From Lepidodermella squamata (taxonomy: Eukaryota; Animalia; Gastrotricha): DNA of 64,000 bases. Made by a program: the position numbers and the translations under genes. How positions within the stretch are numbered: the first letter of the stretch is position 1; each line of letters begins with the position of its first letter. This document shows, piece by piece, positions 11,386 through 22,288 of the stretch. The DNA is taken from positions 1,488,001 through 1,552,000 of the forward strand of contig JBLDXI010000028.1 in the NCBI GenBank assembly GCA_047495785.1. The letters run 5' to 3'. The notes below the pieces were generated by a model. That model did not search any database. It saw only the letters and a program-made list of their open reading frames with translations, and was not told the DNA's origin.

Positions 11386-12543
11386 TCAAAAAACACCATG
11401 TTTAAACATTGTGTCAATAGCGTAGATAATTATTCCAAGAAAAGCCAAGAAAGCGAATGAAAACATTGCTTTATCAAGCAGCCGATGCCTGGGAATGGCA
11501 AACAGGAACGGGTGCACTTTGATCGGCGTTAGGAAGTGGTCTCGTTTAGCCTTTGAATATCCACAGCTAATCAGGAAATAAATCGTACACACCCAAGAGA
11601 ATAGCTGGCACATGTCCGCAAAATTTAGGATGAAGACTCTTTCAGACTTCGGAGGCACTCTATCTAAAATCTCTCCTTGAAAGAACGTATGGGCTAGCAC
11701 TATAGATATAGCGAATATTGGTCGATCCGGGAGAGAAGGAGACATCGCGAAAGCCGTCAGCTCAAGGAAAGAAAGAAATACGCATGGAATCATGATATGA
11801 AAGATGTAGTAGGTAGGGTTGCGACGAAATTCTAGGGTGAAAGCTATTTCGCTATGGTTTGAACCATCTATCTCAACCATACTTAGCTCATAGTTTAAGT
11901 TGAAGACGCGCCATTTATCATTTGAACTTGGAAACTCTGCTGTTGTCTGAATCACAGTCTTTTCAGTGAAACGAACAGATTCAACTGTTTCTTGCATAGT
12001 GAAGACTAAATTGCAACTCTGCGAGTCGAAAGGAAAGTAATCGTAGTCCATTTGACAGTGGGATGAAAATGCCCCATAGCGGGTCCATGTGAAGTTCAAA
12101 GATGAATCATTCTCCGAGAATTCCATGAAGAACCGATTTGCGAATCCTTCAACCACGCCAAAGTTTCTCGGCGTCTTTTGCTGGTTTATACTTGGCTTCC
12201 AAATCGCGTCCAAATCAACGTACAGCAACCTTGAATTGTTGATCTTATAACCCGGGCAAACGACCGGCCATGTAAGATCCAGGTAGGCTATCACAGTGAA
12301 ATGCTCAGACATGTCATCGACCTCTCCAAATCTTTCAGGCTCGAATGAGATCGTCACATTGGTCGAGTCACAAATTCCACCTTCGCCAGGGCCGAAAACG
12401 CAAGTTGGGGCGCAGATTTCTCTCGACAAATTCGGGCACTTTCTCAGCAAATCTATCGTCCAGTAATTAGTGAGCTGGACCAACTCATTACCTCTTGTCA
12501 ATGCGATGAAAAAAGAGCAGAAAATAAAGTCAGCTTTCATCAT
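11386..12543 (-). CDS. Divergent intronless pLGIC subunit #4
   Basis: CQMDYDYFPFDSQSC Cys-loop, RRNPTYY pre-M1, PDRPIFAISIVLAHTF M2. Confidence 0.93.
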   Translation of the reverse strand: MMKADFIFCSFFIALTRGNELVQLTNYWTIDLLRKCPNLSREICAPTCVFGPGEGGICDSTNVTISFEPERFGEVDDMSEHFTVIAYLDLTWPVVCPGYKINNSRLLYVDLDAIWKPSINQQKTPRNFGVVEGFANRFFMEFSENDSSLNFTWTRYGAFSSHCQMDYDYFPFDSQSCNLVFTMQETVESVRFTEKTVIQTTAEFPSSNDKWRVFNLNYELSMVEIDGSNHSEIAFTLEFRRNPTYYIFHIMIPCVFLSFLELTAFAMSPSLPDRPIFAISIVLAHTFFQGEILDRVPPKSERVFILNFADMCQLFSWVCTIYFLISCGYSKAKRDHFLTPIKVHPFLFAIPRHRLLDKAMFSFAFLAFLGIIIYAIDTMFKHGVF

Positions 12544-12649
12544 ATAGGTAATGAGGCTGAATGAGACAGCGACAACTGGGTCATAGATCCGCCTGCTTCA
12601 TTATTTACCTAAGCCACTGTGCTGAAATGCTTATTCCATCATAGCGGGC

Positions 12650-12656
12650 TTTTATA
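12650..12656 (-). promoter_or_regulatory. Putative TATA box for pLGIC #4
   Basis: TATAAAA on the minus strand about 107 nt upstream of the ATG at 12543. Confidence 0.4.
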
Positions 12657-12762
12657 ACACTTGAGCTGATAGAATACCTACATGAGACACCTATCACTTC
12701 GCCTTCTCTTATTGTTTGAATAGCAAGACGTGCCATTTCCTCGCTAGCATAGGTTTTTTTTA

Positions 12763-13941
12763 TTACAGATTCCCGGTTCTATTCATAGTCACTACCCAGT
12801 GTAGAACAATCCCCAAGTACCAGGCGAGAAAAATCAGGAATACAACGCAATCAATCAACCTGTGGCGTTTTATGCGTTGAAGAACGCCTTCCTTCATTAC
12901 AGGTTGCTTGAACCATTCTTTAAACGTATTAGAATAGCCACAGCTTATCAAAAAATAGAAGGTGTTAAGCCAAATAAACAATTGGCACATATCTGTGAAG
13001 GTCAATATGTGCACTTGCTCGGTTTTAGGCGGCACACGATCCAAAACTTCACCCTGGAAGAAAATTAACGTTAGCAGGATCGTAATTCCAAAAACAGCTC
13101 TGTCAGGGGCAGTTGGTGTGATAGCAAAAGCAGCTAGGTCCAACAACGCCAGCAAAGCACAAGGCAACATCAAGTGATATGTGTAGAATATAGGGTTTCG
13201 CTTCATATATAACAGCGCTTCGAATACCGTGAAATTACGCCCGTCCTTCTCCGCGACGTAATAGGATCTATGATTTCCTTTATCCGAGTACCATCTATCA
13301 TTTGATTCCGAATAGCTGTCTTTGAACCTCACTAAAGAGTCGCTGGAGAATGTGACAAGCTCACTAGGGTTGTCTAGTGCAAGCTCGACCGCACAGGTTT
13401 GGTTATCAAACGGGAAGAGCGTGAAGTCCATGCTACATAAAGCGGTCATATCGCCAACTTTCTGCCATTCGAAGGTTACAATTTGAGATGCTGAACTGAA
13501 CTCAATCTCCAATTCTTCTTTGAAGCCATCATCCATCTCGTTGTTGAAGATAGTATTTTGATGGTAGAGATGCGGCTTCCATAATGCGTTAGGATCAACT
13601 GGAATTTTGAAATCATATCCTGGTTTGTAGGACGCGCACTCCACTTGCCATGTCGCCGTTATCCAAGCAGATAACGTGTAGGCCTCATTCTCATCGTCGA
13701 CATCCCACAAATAAGCTGGTTCATATAGGATTGTTACGTCCATAGATTTACATCCTTCCTTGTTAAGCTGGCCTCGTGGGCATAGAGGCGTATAACTTTC
13801 CGGTGATAAATGTGAACAGTTGCGTAGCAATTCGATTGTTGATCTTTTTGTTAACAATGTAAGTTCATTTCCAAAGGCAAACAATACCAGGCTCGAGAGA
13901 GACAAAAGCAAGGAGAAAACAGTTTTCAAGGTAATTATCAT
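12763..13941 (-). CDS. Divergent intronless pLGIC subunit #5
   Basis: ORF extends to 13989; Met at 13941 (MIITLKTVF) aligns with the start of paralog #3; CSMDFTLFPFDNQTC Cys-loop; 4 TM. Confidence 0.92.
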   Translation of the reverse strand: MIITLKTVFSLLLSLSSLVLFAFGNELTLLTKRSTIELLRNCSHLSPESYTPLCPRGQLNKEGCKSMDVTILYEPAYLWDVDDENEAYTLSAWITATWQVECASYKPGYDFKIPVDPNALWKPHLYHQNTIFNNEMDDGFKEELEIEFSSASQIVTFEWQKVGDMTALCSMDFTLFPFDNQTCAVELALDNPSELVTFSSDSLVRFKDSYSESNDRWYSDKGNHRSYYVAEKDGRNFTVFEALLYMKRNPIFYTYHLMLPCALLALLDLAAFAITPTAPDRAVFGITILLTLIFFQGEVLDRVPPKTEQVHILTFTDMCQLFIWLNTFYFLISCGYSNTFKEWFKQPVMKEGVLQRIKRHRLIDCVVFLIFLAWYLGIVLHWVVTMNRTGNL

Positions 13942-15119
13942 GGGTAGAAATTGCGTAAGAATATTCTTAGTTTTTAGGAGTGTGTTCATATGTTGTTTGC
14001 TAAAACCTAAAAATGCCGTTCGACCCGGTTTCGAGGTACTGTTTACTTTGCGTAACGCTAAAGCTTGCTAAATAGATATGCTACATATAGAAGTAAAATA
14101 TTGTCACGCTCTCTTTCGTCAGGCTAATCGGCTGTCAGTTAAGAATCTAGAGCAAGTCTATTATTGGCGCTTCCTAAGTGCTTGCTTCCAGTTTTCCTTG
14201 CACATGATTATTGAAGTCGGATAAAAGTATAAGTAGTCAGTAGTCGTGAATCCTAGCAACAATTTTCAAAAACAGTTTACAAATATTTGAGGCGCGAGAG
14301 CTTTGTTTCATATGAACGCTGTGAGTCAGTCTCTGACGCTGTTACTACTTATCATGGCGTGAATTAGATGAAACGGTTAATGAATTGAATGCTAATATTT
14401 GAGGCCTATGATGTCCGGGCTATTGTTGTCTTGATAGCCAACAGCTAACGCGTAATCTCGGATAAAGTTGGCTAAAATGGGCTTCAGACACGAGATGGCT
14501 CGCAGGCTGGTAATTCACCCGGTTACTTTTCTCCCGGTGACAAGGTTCATACTTCATTGGAATAGAAATTTTCTAGTTTGAGAAAGGACATCGCATTCTC
14601 AAACCAGTGTTATAATGTTGCGCTTCTTTCGAGGCAAATTCCGGTGGTGTTCGGTTCAACATAAACGCACGATTATTACGGTCTAATCGGCCTATCTCTG
14701 CAATCGATTAGTGTTCCTTCCCGAAGTTTTATGAAGTTTCATTGTCAAGATTTCTGTCCCAGTAGATTTAACCACGGTATCACTAATATGCTTGTTTATT
14801 AAACGCAGTGAATTCATTTGACAGAAGAATGATTTTTCTAGATTTGCCCAAACTTGGAAGGGAGCTTTTATTATTCGCATGTTTTAGTCAAATTCGCGGC
14901 CTTTGCTCCCTCGCTATTGGTGATGTTTGATCAGTATTGAACGTGAACTCAATCGCGAACCAAAAATGGCCATTTTGTTCAATAGAGACAAAAATGCATG
15001 TTTAAATAGTGCATAATATTTTAATGCACTTCCGTTCTGCGCGAAGCCGCTTTTTGAGTAAACAGAAGGCTAACAACCGGCATCAGAATAAATATGATGT
15101 CATCAAACAGGTTCGAAAA

Positions 15120-16502
15120 ATGGCACGATTTCTTCTCTTCACGCTCTCCGTAGTTCTCCTCTCAGTTTTGAACTGTTCAGCCAAAACTGTTGTGGAAGAT
15201 TCGGAATTACCCGAACTCAGCCTTAACCGCAACATTACCAAAAACAAGCGCCGTCTGGTCAGCCAGCTGAAAAAGTATATTTTGAAGCAGAAAGCAGAAC
15301 AAATGCTGACAAGTGACGATTTCCCAGTCGATGATGGCGAGTACGTCAATGTCTCTGTTCACTTTTACGCTGACCGATTCGCGGAACTAAATGAACTCGA
15401 CCAATATATCGGCGTTAACGCTGATGTCACGCTATCTTGGGTCGACAAATTCTTAACTTGGAATAACCACTCCGATTTCAAAGACATCGAATACATCCAA
15501 GTTGCCCAATCTTTCACATGGATTCCTGGTGAGCCATTGAGATTTAGTTAACGCTGTTTAATTCACCTCTATAATACCCCATAGCAATGACTCATGTTAA
15601 CAATATCGACAACTTTTACGTTGTAATGAAAAACGCGGCTAGTGGGAGTTCCAACATTCGGAATCTGAATATTTACAGCGATGGATCTGTAATTTGGTAC
15701 CCTGCGACAAGTTCCTACGTTGCAAGATGCGATCTCGACTTCACGAATTTCCCATTCGACCGGCAAATCGTCTACTTCCGATTTCAATCTTACGATACCT
15801 GCGAATTTGTGAGACTCAGCGATCTTCAAATGGCCATTGGCTTCTACGGCATCAGCTTTATGCCTGAAAACGGGATTTGGGAGTTTGAGAAATTTGAAAC
15901 CTACGAAGAAGGATGCATACCTGAGCAGGGTGGGAATGAAAATTCGAGTCTATATTCGACAATCCAATTTCGAATCTATCTGAAGAGGAAACCTGGCTTT
16001 TACATTACATCTTTCATGATACCATGTGCTTTGCTGAGCCTCGCTCAAATAGCCACATTCTTCATTCCACCATCTGCTCCGGATAGAGCTTCTTACGGGG
16101 TGACAGTTGCGCTGGCATTCGGTGAGATTAATCAATTTAGCCATGGCTTTTTTTAATTCACATACAATTCCAGGTGTTCTTCAGACTGTGATTGCTTCGC
16201 ACATTCCTACAACGTCGCAATTTGTCATCGTCAATGCTGTTGTAGGCGTAGAGACAGGAATAGGAGTCGTAATCACGATATATTCAGCTTTTACCTGTTT
16301 CCTATGGGACAAACTGGTCGACGAGCCTGAGCGAATTTGTGACGCACGTAAAGTCGAAAGAAACCGCCGCTTCATAGCTCGGCTAGACTTTGCCGTTAGC
16401 ATGATAGTTATACTAATTTCGGTCGGAGGTGGTATTTGGGCATTTCTTGCTATGCAGACAGATCGCCCACCAGCCAATTTGAAGCTGCGGGAACATAAAT
16501 GA
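15120..16502 (+). CDS. Intron-containing nAChR-like pLGIC subunit #6 (3 exons)
   Basis: Exons 15120-15528, 15585-16121, 16174-16502; phase-1 GT-AG introns of 56 and 52 nt join WIP-A-MTH and LAF-G-VLQ in frame. Canonical motifs SWVDKFLTWN, DGSVIWYP, CDLDFTNFPFDRQ, LKRKPGFY, PDRASYGVTVALAF. Confidence 0.88.
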
Positions 16503-16726
16503 ACTGATTAAAGGACATCCCTACATAATAAAACATTCTGTGCTGTTTCAAGAGTCTACTTTGAAATTAAATAGTTAAGATACCTGGACCTTTTCAGGGG
16601 ATATTTACCTGAAATATGTCGTCAAAAATTTGCATCTGTCCAAGTCAATCACTCAGGACTTAATTGATTCGCCTAACCGGTGGACGAAGTGAACATTTTC
16701 CAGGCTTCATAGTTGATTTCGGAGTC

Positions 16727-18010
16727 ATGTCAACCTCGATTCAGGATTGCGACGTACGTATTTGAGCCAGCAGGGCCATTTCCATATTAGAATTTGCCGT
16801 TCACAGATTTGTGGTAGAGGTACCGGCGAAGTTCGATTGGGAATCGTCATGTGTGATCCTTGCAAGGTAACGTTTCGAGATGGTCAACTCGAATTCGATA
16901 TTTCGCTTTTCACCACAGAAATTTTACTATCGAGCTAAAAAACGCGACTACTCTTGCTGGTGGGGAAAAGGGAAATGCATAATAGACGTTAAATCGAAGT
17001 CAAAGTTGTGCTCTGCTTGCCGCTACAACAAATGCGAGGCTTTGATAGAGGCGGCTCGGCAGAAGCATTGTACTCCAAGAAAGACTCCAGCCATCACTGA
17101 TCAGCCCATACAACATGGTCTAGTTGAGAAAGAGAAAGACCTTTGCTCGACAGTCAACGCCTACTCCGCCTTAAATCCTTTACTCGAAATCGTAGGTTTT
17201 ACTGAAATTCTGTATTTACAGACTCCACTGAATTTTGAATTGACTTCTTCAGGCCAAGGAGATGGGAAAAGTAGATGTTACGTTTCGTAGCCTGGGGGAA
17301 ATTATCTGCTGGATAAGGGAATACCGCGTGCGTCGGTTTTCCTTGGTAACCAGTCAATTCATTCGAGCGTTACCTGGATACTCCAATCTTACTATTGCTG
17401 AAAGATGCCAATCCTTTAGCATATCTTTCATGGCTATCACAATTCTAAAGTTTCTGGAAGCTAATGATAAGACATACGGTATTTTCCTCTACGGTTTGAG
17501 TCGGCATCTACAAGAACAATTTGTTCTATTCTTTCCATTCTCAATTGTTAGTTTTGCTTTCATCCACCAATAATTGTCTGTACATAAGTCTGCTCCTAAT
17601 AGCTGACGCTCGAAGACTTGGAAAATCTTCATAGACGATTTACAGAGTTGGGCCCACTCACACAGGCTGACATGGCCCTGCTTTGTGCTCACATTTTCTT
17701 TAACGGTAGGATCATTGAAGAGCATGATGAGCATTTTGTGATTCCATGATATGGAACGAAAGATTCAGGCGATGCGGTACGACACAGGATGATTGCTGAG
17801 GAATATTTGGCCATTTCGTTAAGGAGCAAGGAAAAGGCCAAGTTGGCCCTTTTACTGACTGATCAGCTCAAACTAGCTGTTGGACGCCATTTCCAGCGCT
17901 TAGTTACACTTGTGGACTCAAATGCTCTGCTGCATCGAGCGGACCCTATCTCCCAGGAGATATTGTCGAAACTCTCTAGTGGCAGGATGAATCAGCAAAT
18001 TAAAAGTTGA
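16727..18010 (+). CDS. Divergent nuclear hormone receptor 1 (C4 zinc-finger DBD + short LBD), 6 exons
   Basis: Exons approx. 16727-16753, 16807-16866, 16919-17191, 17253-17546, 17603-17705, 17763-18010. CDICGRGTGEVRLGIVMCDPCKKFYYR...CWWGKGKC...CSACRYNKC; LBD signature FIRALPGYSNLTIAER. Confidence 0.82.
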
Positions 18011-18344
18011 CCTGTTTATAACGATAGCCGCCCTAATATATATCGATATTTCAGCCTTTTCGCTTTCGAGAAAAGAGAAAACTTGATAGCCGACTCAAGA
18101 TGCGTTATTTGAAAATCGCACAGTTGTCTACAAGAACAGTACGCAATTTGACCTCAATCTAAAATAAAACTAACATGACGTCGAGCGCTTTTCAGACGGA
18201 TTTCCCTAATGTCATTATTCTTGATATAATAACAACGCATCAGACATCTGCATGTTACTGAATGATCTATCAACATCTATCAAATTTGATCGTTTTCAGT
18301 CAGCGAAGTTTTCTCGCTATCAATTCATTATCTAATAACACAAA

Positions 18345-19665
18345 ATGCAGCCTTGTGAAGTAAGTTGAAACCCTTTACTTAACTAACATTATTACGTTTA
18401 CACCAATTTTGCAGATTTGTGGCAGATCCACAATCGAGCATCGATTAGGAATAGTGATGTGTGATGCATGTAAGGTATGTCTGAGCTTGCAACATGAAGA
18501 AACATCGCATTTCCTATACCTTTTTAGAAATTTTACTACAGGGCCAAAAGGCGGAGTTACTCTTGTTGGTGGGGAAAAGGAAAATGCATCGTAGATGCCA
18601 AAGTCAACGGAAAGCTGTGTTCAGCCTGTCGGTACAAAAAATGCGAGGCGTTAATTGAAGCCGCAAGACGGAAGGGTAAATTTCTGACTGCAATAGATTA
18701 TATCTAATGATTTATTTTGACAGAATCAGCCGTCATCCAAGTTGAGCCAATCGAACGAGCTCTTGTCGAAAAAGAAACCGGCCTGCAGTCAATTTTCCAT
18801 GCCTATAAAACTTTAGACAATGTGATCGGAATTGTAAGTTCCTGTTGTACTTCATCTGTTAAATGACCGATGCTTCCTTCTAGGCTGAAGAAATGGGCCG
18901 AATTGACATGCATTTCACGGATATTCATGAAATTCTCGGCTGGGTAATGGAGTATCGTATGCGCCGCTTCCCGATCGTTGTCGGCAACTTTGTTCGAGCT
19001 CTGCCGGGCTATACAACCTTGTCAATGGAGGAACGATGTCGGCATTTTAGCAAATCATTCATGGCCATCACTATTATGAAATTCATGGAGGCAAAGAAAG
19101 CGTCCCAAAATAAAGAGTACAGTCTGTTTCTCTATGGTCTCAGCAAGCCTCTCCAGGAACAATTCATCCACTACTTTCCCTTCACCTTTGTAGGTCATGC
19201 TGGATGTAATTAAATCTCAACTGAGTTTTTTTTTATACAGTTGGCAGTTGAGGACCTTGAGCATTTGTATAACCGATTTGAAGAACTTGGTCACCTATCG
19301 CAAGTTGAAATGGCCATGCTGTGCAGCTATCTATTTTTTAATGGTAAGCTGAATGCTTAATTTTTTGCACCCAATCTCCGCCTCATACTTACTATGCAGA
19401 GTCTCCTTACTCTCATCAATATTGGAAAGCAGGGGAGCTCTACTTTTCAACTTTGTTCAGTAGTCCTGAGAGGGCGATTCTGGCCTTCAAACTAACCGAA
19501 GAGATCAAACATGCAATCAACAGGCATTTTCAACGTGTAGTTACTAAAGTCGACTCAAATGTCCTTCTGAAACGCGCGGATCCAATATCTCATGAAATTT
19601 TGACAGAAATATCATGCGAGACCTCGAATCCTTATACCAAGGAATGCTCCAACGATGGTGAATAA
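18345..19665 (+). CDS. Divergent nuclear hormone receptor 2, tandem paralog, 7 exons
   Basis: MQPCE|ICGRSTIEHRLGIVMCDACK|KFYYRAKRRSYSCWWGKGKC...CSACRYKKC; FVRALPGYTTLSMEER; same intron positions as NR1 plus an extra intron at 18676-18723. Confidence 0.82.
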
Positions 19666-19811
19666 CCGAAAAGCTTTTTACGAGCGTGCACAACTTCAGT
19701 TCTATTGGGGATTCACTCATTTAATCATTAAAAATTCATATCTCGCGAATCGTCGAGCTTTTGGAATTATTAAGCTCTGTGGAAATGATTCATAAGCTGA
19801 AAAAATTAAAT

Positions 19812-20936
19812 ATGTCTAGTTTGGCTATACGTGTAATTGCATTTCTCTCATTTGTCACTAAAGTTCACTGCGATTCAATACAAGAGCAAATTCTTAGCAA
19901 TTGCTCCGGCCTAATTGAATCCGATGTAATTTCTCCGAATACAGGTTACTTCTCGGCTAATAATATTAGCGTGAATCCGACCAAATTGAACATAACAATC
20001 GTCATAGACCGCCTATCGGAGCTCGAAGAAGCCTCAGAGAGAATAAGCTTCACCGGAAGGTTAGTCATTGCTTGGGCTGTCGAATGTCCAGGGCTGATAA
20101 TACAACCGAACCAAACGATCAACGCAAAGGCCTCAACCGAAACATTTTGGACCCCAGAAATTTATCACACGAAATCAGTTAGCGACGCTGCGATGAAGGG
20201 TGATTCATTTTCGAGAAGTTTGGCTTTCAGAGCTGAGTCAAATCTCATCAGTTTCCAACTTAAAATAATTGGCTTATTTTCTTCCACCTGCGAGATGGAC
20301 TTCACCGATTTCCCATTCGATCATCAAACCTGCTCTTTTGACCTTCATTTGGAGAACGAGCTGAGTGAAGTTCTGTTCTATAATGCTACCTTTGAACTCC
20401 GTAAAGATGGAATCATACCATTTGGGAGTAACTGGATTCTACTCTCTTCGAAATTAGTAGATGACACCACTTCGATCAGTTTTATTCTGAAGTTATCAAG
20501 GATACCTGAATTTTACATCTCGAATTTGCTCATGTCAGCATGTTTTACCACCATAATTCAGATGGGCGGATTCTTCATGCTGCCCAACATGCCCGATAGA
20601 CCTGTCTATGCAATCACGCTGCTGCTATCGATGACTTTTCTGAAAGGCAGCATCATTCAATTCATACCACCCAAGCCGCAAAGAATCTTCATGAGCACCT
20701 ACACCGACTTCTGCTCGATGATCAACTGGCTAACCACGCTGTACATGCTATTCAGTCTTTTCCTCGTCAGAACTTGGCCCGATCACTTTACCGCGAAAGT
20801 TGTTGTATTCCTCAGTCGCAGAAATTGCTACTACATGACAAAAATTCGTCTCCTAGACTTGTTTGCCTTTCTAGTAACTATAATTATCTTCATTTGGTTG
20901 AATATATGGGCGATGCAAGTAGCAAGTAGACATTGA
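19812..20936 (+). CDS. Divergent intronless pLGIC subunit #7
   Basis: Likely start MSSLAIRV; CEMDFTDFPFDHQTC Cys-loop; PDRPVYAITLLLSMTF M2; lacks two of the four family N-terminal Cys; very short loop C. Confidence 0.92.
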   Translation: MSSLAIRVIAFLSFVTKVHCDSIQEQILSNCSGLIESDVISPNTGYFSANNISVNPTKLNITIVIDRLSELEEASERISFTGRLVIAWAVECPGLIIQPNQTINAKASTETFWTPEIYHTKSVSDAAMKGDSFSRSLAFRAESNLISFQLKIIGLFSSTCEMDFTDFPFDHQTCSFDLHLENELSEVLFYNATFELRKDGIIPFGSNWILLSSKLVDDTTSISFILKLSRIPEFYISNLLMSACFTTIIQMGGFFMLPNMPDRPVYAITLLLSMTFLKGSIIQFIPPKPQRIFMSTYTDFCSMINWLTTLYMLFSLFLVRTWPDHFTAKVVVFLSRRNCYYMTKIRLLDLFAFLVTIIIFIWLNIWAMQVASRH

Positions 20937-20948
20937 AATTCCGTTTTA

Positions 20949-22097
20949 TTAGACGTAATCTCTATCTATTGCTACTCCTATAGCGTACAAATTGACAGAA
21001 ATAAAATAAGCAACTGCAACTGATGCCGCAATCATATCAGGCAGTCTTTCAGGGCAATTTCCTCGAGTTTTGGTCGGCTGTTTGTATTTCTTAGCTCGTC
21101 GTGCTATGCCCAGGGTGACCAGAGAATAAACAGTGCAGAGCCACGCGAAAAGAACAAATAGGTCTGTGTAATTGTTGAGAAACACTCGCTGTGGTTTTTG
21201 AGGAACACGTGCGAGAATTTCGCCTTCGAAGAATGTCAAAGCAAGTAGAATTGTGATGCAGAATACTGGGCGATCTGGAACTTCAGGTGGTATGGCGAAG
21301 CCTGCTAGTTCTAGACTTGACAAAAGAAGAACAGGCATCATCAGGTTGTAGATGTAGAAGGTGGGCTTTCGTTTAAAGAACAACTCGAAAACTACAGAAC
21401 TGCGATTGCCAGACACATCTAAAGATCCAACCCAAACAGTCCAGTTTTTATATTCCCAGCTGATACCACCTTCATCGAGAAAGTACGGCTCGGCATGGCT
21501 TTCAGTGTTCAGGATGAAAGTTGCAGCTGCATCGAGCTCTTGTAACAAGAACTGAATTTCACAAGATTGAGAATCGAATGGGAAATGTGTGTAGTCCATT
21601 GGGCATAGCGAGTTGAACACTCCAAACCGTTGCCACAACACTTCAAAGGAACTAATGTTATCGGAAAATGGTGGCACATCGACAAAGAGCCTGCTAGTGA
21701 ATCCATCATCCATTTTGAATTCTTTGACTGCATTTTTATGATGGATATGGGGTTTCCAGATCGTTGATTCCGCGACGTAGAATGTCGTGTCATTTTCGAG
21801 GCGATAATTGGTGCACGGAACATGCCAGGATAAAGCTAAAGAGCTTGAAATAATCAGAGTCTCAGCTTCGTCGTCAATCCCATGAAATCGTTGAGGAGAG
21901 AAGGTGAGCCAAATTTCTAGGGGCGAGCAGCTTTCGCGTTCGTCTATTCTCCCTTCGGCGCATGTCGGAGAATAAACCAGAGGTCTCGCATTAGAGCAAT
22001 TGAGCAAAATCTCAATGTCGTAATCGATCAATCGATCAGCGGCAAATGTCACGTGGACAATCAGGGCAGCCACGCATGCAATATTAGTGATTTTCAT
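20949..22097 (-). CDS. Divergent intronless pLGIC subunit #8
   Basis: CPMDYTHFPFDSQSC; PDRPVFCITILLALTF; 4 TM. Confidence 0.93.
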   Translation of the reverse strand: MKITNIACVAALIVHVTFAADRLIDYDIEILLNCSNARPLVYSPTCAEGRIDERESCSPLEIWLTFSPQRFHGIDDEAETLIISSSLALSWHVPCTNYRLENDTTFYVAESTIWKPHIHHKNAVKEFKMDDGFTSRLFVDVPPFSDNISSFEVLWQRFGVFNSLCPMDYTHFPFDSQSCEIQFLLQELDAAATFILNTESHAEPYFLDEGGISWEYKNWTVWVGSLDVSGNRSSVVFELFFKRKPTFYIYNLMMPVLLLSSLELAGFAIPPEVPDRPVFCITILLALTFFEGEILARVPQKPQRVFLNNYTDLFVLFAWLCTVYSLVTLGIARRAKKYKQPTKTRGNCPERLPDMIAASVAVAYFISVNLYAIGVAIDRDYV

Positions 22098-22166
22098 TAT
22101 GAATCGCGAAAAACTGCTAAAATCACAATGAACTCAAAACTCAATTCACGCTCATCAAAAAGCTTC

Positions 22167-22173
22167 TTATATA
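22167..22173 (-). promoter_or_regulatory. Putative TATA box for pLGIC #8
   Basis: TATATAA on the minus strand about 70 nt upstream of the ATG at 22097. Confidence 0.45.
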
Positions 22174-22288
22174 TGTTTGCTTTTCATTCTACCAGTAAAA
22201 AACTCAGACACTGCTTCTTCAGTCAACAAATCTTCAGTTTTATTTTATTGTCTTTTCAGTAGTCACAGGAACAGCTGGAAAGAACTCC

